DNA from: a virus | IMG/VR virus record: IMGVR_UViG_3300033150_001569 | Span: 1-64,000 of that record | DNA: 64,000 nt | Reading direction: 5' to 3' (one strand) | Part shown: in pieces, positions 57,581-64,000 of the stretch | Numbering within the stretch: the stretch's first letter is position 1 | How the letters are laid out: each line of letters opens with the position of its first letter | Made by a program: the position numbers and the translations under genes | Notes under the pieces: generated by a model | Databases searched by the model: none | Seen by the model: only the letters and a program-made list of their open reading frames with translations | What the model was told of the DNA's origin: nothing

Positions 57581-59167
57581 ATTAATATTCAACCTTATTA
57601 TCAAAAACCAGATAGACAAATTTATACTATTCATGAAGAATTTGATCAAGAAAGAAATGAATTAGAAGAAGCATTTCAAGAAGTTTATGAAGATATTTCT
57701 AGTGGAAGAGGATCAATTGATTTAGTTCCTGATATATTAGATGAAGATAACTTACCTGAAGCTGATATTATTTTAACTGATTCAAATTCTAATGCACTGG
57801 CAAATACTATTAGTTCTGCAAATGATTATGATGTCATATTAATTGATGTTGATGCAATATATGATCCTATTGTTATTAATAAACCAATAACAATATTAGT
57901 ATCAAGTGATAAAACAGTAAAAATAAATGCAACTGGAAGTACTTATGGTATTTCTTTTACTGATGGAACAAAAAATGTTTTAATTTATGGTATTGAAGTT
58001 TATGGACAACAAGGTTCAAATACTCCTGGTGCTACTGATAATGCAGGAGGAATATGTTTACAATCTCCTGCTCTAGTTCAAAATATTGTTTTATATAAAT
58101 GTTATGTTCATGATTGTGATGAAGCAGGAATTCAATTTCAAAGAACAGCATTAGTAACAAGTTCTCCTAGTAGTGAAGAAGATTTATGTAGAAATATATG
58201 GATAATAGAATGTACTATTGATAATTGTTCTAGAGTTGATAATTCTGAAAATGGTGGAATTGTTTTTTATGATGCAAGAGATGTATATATAATTGGAAAC
58301 AATTCTTATAATAATTTACGTGGAATATTATGTAGTAATACAATTAAAGCTATTATTAAAGGAAATTTAACTAAAAATAGTAAACAATGTGGAATTAAAT
58401 TTGATACTGTTGTTTCAGCACAATTTCCTAGATCACATGGTTTAATTGCAGATAATCTTTCAATTGAAGATTGTACTATTGTATATGGTGCTGGTATTAG
58501 AATTGATGATTTATCTAGTGTAAGTGTTATAAATAATGTTGTATATAAAAGTTATAATGATGGTATTTTAATAGAAGACAATTCTGATTCATCATTTGTT
58601 GTTAATAATATTATTATGGATTGTAATGCAAATGGTATAAAAATAGAAGATAGTATAGATCGTATTTTAGTTTTAAATAATAATAGTTATAATAATGGAA
58701 CAGATTATGATTTAGGAATTAATACTCCTAATTCTATAACTAATATTTCATGTAATCCATATTTTGAAGATGTTTCAAATGAAAATTTTGCATTAAAACA
58801 GAAATCACCATGTTTATTTTCTGGTTTTAATATGACAAAAATGGGAAATTTAACTTTAGAAAGAACATTAAAAAATATTTTTAATAATATATTAGTAAGA
58901 AATACTTTAGATCATTTATGTAGTTTAAGATTAATATTATTTCCACAAACAGAAAGAAATGGAACAATTAATGTTTCTTCTGTTACTTATGTTGATATTT
59001 ATTTTAGATATCCATTTCCAAATAATGATTATCGAGTATTTCTTACTCCAAATGATAATATTAATTTTTGGGTTACAAATAAAACAAAAGATGGATTTAA
59101 AATAAATTTTTCATCTAGTTTTTCTGGTGATGTTGATTGGTTTGTTAAATCATTAGGATTATCATAA
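57581..59167 (+). CDS. right-handed parallel beta-helix protein (tailspike/depolymerase-like), ATT start
   Basis: frame open 345 codons upstream of the track start; RBS AGGAG; repeated GI..N..YNN..GI coils. Confidence 0.75.
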   Translation: MNIQPYYQKPDRQIYTIHEEFDQERNELEEAFQEVYEDISSGRGSIDLVPDILDEDNLPEADIILTDSNSNALANTISSANDYDVILIDVDAIYDPIVINKPITILVSSDKTVKINATGSTYGISFTDGTKNVLIYGIEVYGQQGSNTPGATDNAGGICLQSPALVQNIVLYKCYVHDCDEAGIQFQRTALVTSSPSSEEDLCRNIWIIECTIDNCSRVDNSENGGIVFYDARDVYIIGNNSYNNLRGILCSNTIKAIIKGNLTKNSKQCGIKFDTVVSAQFPRSHGLIADNLSIEDCTIVYGAGIRIDDLSSVSVINNVVYKSYNDGILIEDNSDSSFVVNNIIMDCNANGIKIEDSIDRILVLNNNSYNNGTDYDLGINTPNSITNISCNPYFEDVSNENFALKQKSPCLFSGFNMTKMGNLTLERTLKNIFNNILVRNTLDHLCSLRLILFPQTERNGTINVSSVTYVDIYFRYPFPNNDYRVFLTPNDNINFWVTNKTKDGFKINFSSSFSGDVDWFVKSLGLS

Positions 59168-60197
59168 TATGGAAATTAATATTTATAAAAAATTAATAAA
59201 TTATATTAAATCAATTGGTATTGATATAGTTATTAATAGTTTTAAAAATGAATTTCCTTGGTATTATGATATTGTATTAAATGAAAAAACTGTAATATTT
59301 TATATGTTTTTTAGATCTCAACAAAATAAAAATGAAAAAATAATTTTAATATTAGAAACATTAGCTAAATATTTATTTTATTTAAAAAATAAAGAATATA
59401 AAAAATATATTAATACTTATAATTTTGTTGAAAATAATAAAATTAGTTTAGAATATGCAAAAATAATTTATGATTATAATATTGAAATAAATAAAATTAA
59501 ATATAATCTTTTAAATAAATTAAATATTAATTTAAAAGAAAAATATATTAAAGCAGATGAAGTAAGTAATAAATGGATTTATGAATATATTGTTAATAAT
59601 AATGGTAAATATATTCCATTTAAACAATATAAAGAATTTTTAATAAATTATCGAAAAAATTATGTTAAATAATCAATATTATATTAAAAATTTATTAGAA
59701 CTATCAACTAAACAAGAATATCTTATGAATAATGGTGATATTGTTGTACCGATAAAAATTTGGAACAAAAGAATAAAACCATCAGATTATGATTTATTTT
59801 TTCTAGGTAGAAATCAAAATTGGAAAACAAAATATTATAGTATTCATGATATTATTTGTGAAATAGATCATCCATCTGTTTATATTTTAAGAGGTGGAGA
59901 AAAAATTTTTATAATAAATGATAATGGTGAAAAAGTGGATATAAAATAATGTCTGATTTTCCAAATTATAATAAAAAAACAATTAATAAAATAAGAAAAC
60001 AATTAAAATTATCTAAAATAAAAACTGGAATAATCAAATGTTTAAATTGTGGTAAAAAATTTAATTCATTTAACATTAAATTAAATAAAATATGTCCTAA
60101 ATGTTCACATAATACTGAAAGAAAAAATACTTATTATAATCCATATCCAATATATTCCGATAATATTAATGAATAAAAAAATTTAAGGATAAACAAT

Positions 60198-61006
60198 TTG
60201 GCAGGTTATCGTTATAATATTTATGGTGGTAGAGGAGGAATGACTGTAAGTAGTAAATTTGGAGCAAGTAAAAAAGTAGGTAGAGGAGTATATTTTGGTA
60301 CTGGTGAAAGTTTATTCAAAGAAGGTAAATCTAAAATAGGTAGCAGAAATAGATTTGAATTAATGAAGTTTTTTCGTTTTAGAGATATGTTTAGAGCAAC
60401 AAAAATGCGAAGTGTTATAGGTATGGTTTTTACTAGAATACAAATGGAAATGTCTCGTATTTTAATAGCAAATTTAAAAGATTCGATAAGAAAAAATGGA
60501 TGGCATCCTCATCATTGGTTAACATCTGTAATAGCTAATCGTAGACATCCATTATTAAGAGATAAAAGAAATATGTATAAATCAATATCATTTAAACCAA
60601 TGCCAGTTGTTGCAGGTATTACTAGTTTTTGGGTTGGATTTCCAGCAGATAAAAAAGGATTTACTGGTAGTAGAAAGACATCATCTTTAAATATTGCTCA
60701 AATTGCTCAAATTCATGATCAAAGAGGAGCAAGTATGAGAGTAACAAAAAAATGCAAGGATTCTTTTTTAAAGTTTTATATGAAAATTCAAGAATGAGAA
60801 AGAAATTTCAAGGTGATAAATCTCCTTATTTAATGTATCAAGCAGTTAGAAAAATGTTTCCTGAAGGAATGGTATTAAAAATAAAACCAAGACCATTTTT
60901 TACAAGAGCAATAGAAAAAACATATCGTGAATATCCATTATTATTAGTGTTCCGAAAACAATTGGGAACACAATTAAATTCAATGTTTAATTTTATGCGT
61001 ATGTAA
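60198..61006 (+). CDS. neck/tail-completion (virion morphogenesis) protein, split by an A-run slip at ~60748
   Basis: IAQIH..GA...VTKK(MQGFF) and IKPRPFF join in one frame if one A is added. Confidence 0.6.
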
Positions 61007-61014
61007 GGATTAAA

Positions 61015-62337
61015 ATGCCAAATATATTATATAATTTTTATAATAAAAATAGAAATTATTATGATTATGATGATGAAGAAATATATCTTGGAGAAGGAAT
61101 TTGTCGTTTAAGAGGAATTAATTTCAGAACAGGTAGAGGAGCAATTAATAATCAAGATTTAATATATCCTGTTTCTAGTATAATAACTTTTAATAATTAT
61201 TCTGCATATGGATTAAATGAATTTTTTAGTTTTGAATTTGAAATTGAATATGATAGAATTTATCAAAAATTATCAAATAGTTATGATCAAGAAACTGATA
61301 GTGATATAGGAAAAGTTGAATTTCAGGTTAGTAATGATGATGGAATTACTTGGTATAGACATAATGGTTCTAATTGGGTAGTTACTACTGAAATAGGTGA
61401 TTGGAATAGTCCTGAAAATTTACAAAAATATATAAATTCATTTGAGCTAAAATTAAATAGACAAATTAAATTAAGAATGAAGATAACATCTTCAGATAAT
61501 AGAAAACATACACCAATTATTAAGAAATTAGCATTTGATGTTGAATTTTCCTTTGATTTTGAAGAAGATATTCGTAGAAGTTTCAAGCACTTCTTAGAAC
61601 AAAATCTATTGGTAAATAGAAAATTTACCTTACAAGTAGAACAGACAGATAATTCTATCAAAATTTATAATCATCAAGATGTAACAACAGTAAATAGTTT
61701 TAGATGGGATTTTGAATTAAAAGAAGTTTTTAAAATATATGATCTTACAAATGATGAAGGAAGAACAATAAATCTTTTTGATTCATTTAGTACGGTTGAT
61801 GGAATTAGTACTATTAACTTAACTTCTTCGGTTAATGTGGGGAATATCTTAGAAGTTTATGTTGGTGGTATACCAAAAATATTTTTTACAGCAGATGCAG
61901 ATTATTATGTTACTGAAATACCTCATATTGAAATAGATATGAAGGTTGATGAAGATGACATGATAAGAAGTCATACTAAAGTAATAGAAAAAAATGAGCA
62001 ACTTGAATTAGCAAGAGTGAGAAATGATAAAATATTAAAAAAGATAATAACAAAAGTTATGTTTGTTTCAAATACTTTATTAGATGTTATGGCATTTAGT
62101 AATAGTTATGACAAATTAATTTGTTTTCCTTTAGTTGAAGATCTTAAATCAGAAGCAATTGGTAAAGATTATGATGTTGCTAATATTATAAAAGAAGAAC
62201 CTAGTGAAGATTTAGAAGATCAATTATATGCTGAAACATTTTCTCATGATTTAGTTGGAGTTGATTATAGAGGTGAATATAAAGAAGTTAAATTAGTAAA
62301 AGAATTTATTTTTGATGTTGATATTTTTCGTAAGTAA
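61015..62337 (+). CDS. tail completion/terminator-like structural protein
   Basis: position directly before the sheath operon; beta-rich. Confidence 0.4.
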   Translation: MPNILYNFYNKNRNYYDYDDEEIYLGEGICRLRGINFRTGRGAINNQDLIYPVSSIITFNNYSAYGLNEFFSFEFEIEYDRIYQKLSNSYDQETDSDIGKVEFQVSNDDGITWYRHNGSNWVVTTEIGDWNSPENLQKYINSFELKLNRQIKLRMKITSSDNRKHTPIIKKLAFDVEFSFDFEEDIRRSFKHFLEQNLLVNRKFTLQVEQTDNSIKIYNHQDVTTVNSFRWDFELKEVFKIYDLTNDEGRTINLFDSFSTVDGISTINLTSSVNVGNILEVYVGGIPKIFFTADADYYVTEIPHIEIDMKVDEDDMIRSHTKVIEKNEQLELARVRNDKILKKIITKVMFVSNTLLDVMAFSNSYDKLICFPLVEDLKSEAIGKDYDVANIIKEEPSEDLEDQLYAETFSHDLVGVDYRGEYKEVKLVKEFIFDVDIFRK

Positions 62338-62388
62338 TTTCTTATTAAGTATTCTGTAAATTTAAATAAATTTTGTTTGGAGCAAATA

Positions 62389-62664
62389 ATGAAAAAATAT
62401 ATTCTTAAAAATTTAGATAATAAACCATGTACATTAAATGTTGCAAAGGTTGATAGAAAAATAGGTGAAGCAATTAATTTAAGTAAAAAAGGAGAATTAA
62501 GTAGAGAAATTTCTGAATTAGAATTTAAATCTAAAGAAATACAAAAAGCATTAAATAAAAAGAAAATAGCAATTTATAAAACTATCGAACCAAAGAAGCA
62601 GGAGTTAAAAATAGAAGAAAATAAAGAAAGTCCTAAACAACCACAACCACAAAAGGGGAAATAA
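62389..62664 (+). CDS. small hypothetical protein preceding sheath
   Basis: RBS GGAG; stop abuts the sheath ATG. Confidence 0.5.
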   Translation: MKKYILKNLDNKPCTLNVAKVDRKIGEAINLSKKGELSREISELEFKSKEIQKALNKKKIAIYKTIEPKKQELKIEENKESPKQPQPQKGK

Positions 62665-64000
62665 ATGGAAACTTTACATCCTGGTATATATATATTCGAT
62701 AAAAAAGCAGAACCAACAATTGAAGGTGTTGGTGTTTCAGCCTGTGGTATTGTAGGTGCTTTTCAAAAAGGACCAACGGATAAACCTGGATTTGTTACTA
62801 GTTGGGAAGCATTTAAAAGAGGTTATGGTAGTTATTATAAAAATCTTCATGCTCCTATTGCAGTAAAAGCATATTTTGATCAAGGTGGTACTAAACTTTA
62901 TGTAGGAAGAGTTGCTGGAACTGGTGCTGCACAAGCTGATGTTTCTTTAAAAGATAGTGGTCAAGTAGCTAATACTTTAAAAATTGCTGCAAGAAATCAA
63001 GGTGCATGGGGTAATTTTATTGAAATAAATACTATTAAGGCTGAAAGTACAACTACTGCTGCATTAAATACTGCTGCTGTAGTTGAAATTCCTGTAACTA
63101 GTGCTTTAAATTTTGAAAAAGGTGATGTTTGTTATATTACTGATGGAACAAATAGTTCTACTTTTGTAGTTTATGAAGTAGATTATGCAAATAATAAATT
63201 AAAAATTAAATCACAAGATTTTTCAAGTAATGTTATTGCTTCTGGTGCAGTAGTTAAAACTTCAAGTAGACATAGAGTTGTTGGAACAATTGCTGAAGCT
63301 CTTGAAAATGGTGATACTAATTTAAGTTTATCTAAAACAGATGGTCTTTATGTTGGTAGTTTAATAACAATAATTACTTCTACAGATTTAGTTACATTAG
63401 AAATTACATCTATTAATGGAAATTCAATTGGATTTGCTGCTTATAGTGGATCTACTATTGCTAGTGGAAGTGATTTTGTTAGTCAAGAATTTAATATAGA
63501 TGTTTATGATGGTGAAGTAATAGTTGAAACTCATGAATTTTTATCAATGATTGATAATAATGAAAATGATTATGTAGAAAAGAAATTATATGGTGATAGT
63601 AATACAAGTAATTATATTGAATGTACTGATTTAGATACTACTAATACTAATAAAGAACAACATATTCCAATTTTTAAAGTAACTAAAACAGGTAAATTAC
63701 AACCTTTATCTGGTGGACTTGATGGTTCTACTCCTGGTGATACTGATTATAAAGGTACTCAAGCACCTGATACTGGAATTCATTTATTTGATAGAATTGA
63801 TGATATTACTACAGTTTGTATTCCAGGTATTACAAGTGTTGGAGTAATTCAATATGGTATTACATGGGCAAGAAATCATAAATATTGTATGTTTCTTGCT
63901 GAAGTTCCTGAAGCTTATGAATATCCTACAGAAGCAAGAGAATTTAGATTGAATGAGCTTAATGTTGATGATAGATTTGGTGCTTTATATTATCCTTGGT
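62665..64000 (+). CDS. contractile tail sheath protein (partial, runs off window)
   Basis: not in track; METLHPGIYI, VGAFQKGP..P.FVTSW..F...YG, YFDQGG..LYV.RV, GAWGN, LSGGLDG, CIPG, GALYYPW. Confidence 0.92.
   Translation, partial: METLHPGIYIFDKKAEPTIEGVGVSACGIVGAFQKGPTDKPGFVTSWEAFKRGYGSYYKNLHAPIAVKAYFDQGGTKLYVGRVAGTGAAQADVSLKDSGQVANTLKIAARNQGAWGNFIEINTIKAESTTTAALNTAAVVEIPVTSALNFEKGDVCYITDGTNSSTFVVYEVDYANNKLKIKSQDFSSNVIASGAVVKTSSRHRVVGTIAEALENGDTNLSLSKTDGLYVGSLITIITSTDLVTLEITSINGNSIGFAAYSGSTIASGSDFVSQEFNIDVYDGEVIVETHEFLSMIDNNENDYVEKKLYGDSNTSNYIECTDLDTTNTNKEQHIPIFKVTKTGKLQPLSGGLDGSTPGDTDYKGTQAPDTGIHLFDRIDDITTVCIPGITSVGVIQYGITWARNHKYCMFLAEVPEAYEYPTEAREFRLNELNVDDRFGALYYPW

Noticed and set aside
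60740-60760. Programmed -1 frameshift in the neck gene
   Set aside because: Not the tail-chaperone locus, no stimulatory structure seen, and it matches the window-wide homopolymer slip pattern
1-64000. Alternative genetic code (stop-codon reassignment)
   Set aside because: Conserved genes are full length in code 11; breaks are frame shifts at homopolymers, not in-frame TAG/TGA; no suppressor tRNA seen

Overview
This is a very AT-rich segment of a large tailed dsDNA phage with a contractile tail, read in the standard genetic code and coded almost entirely on the + strand. The first ~35 kb is an early/accessory region with sigma70-like TTGACA promoters. It carries a deamidating NAD+ salvage set (PncA, PncB, NadE), an IS200/IS605 element plus a deleted TnpB remnant, Hsp20, and five tRNAs plus two tRNA-like/structured RNAs. 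It also has a putative nuclease-methylase pair, ThyX, a 5'-3' exonuclease, an RlaP-like nucleotidyltransferase next to a CCA-adding enzyme, an HldE-type heptose kinase and a family of free-standing HNH-like genes. From ~35 kb to the end is the morphogenesis module: terminase (mini-intein), a head-morphogenesis gene with an apparently split intein plus a second intein, portal, AAA ATPase, double-domain prohead protease, major capsid, neck proteins, fibre/beta-helix proteins and the start of the tail sheath. The strongest leads are the phage-encoded Preiss-Handler NAD+ route, the split intein, a conserved ~25-bp late-gene motif, probable non-AUG starts in structural genes, a signal-peptide-bearing fibre-like protein and an orphan structured RNA after tRNA-Met. 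Two caveats apply. Many single-base slips in homopolymer runs look like sequencing error, and the supplied ORF track gives the wrong strand for 21532..22437, which is on the minus strand. All product calls come from motif recognition by eye; no database searches were run.
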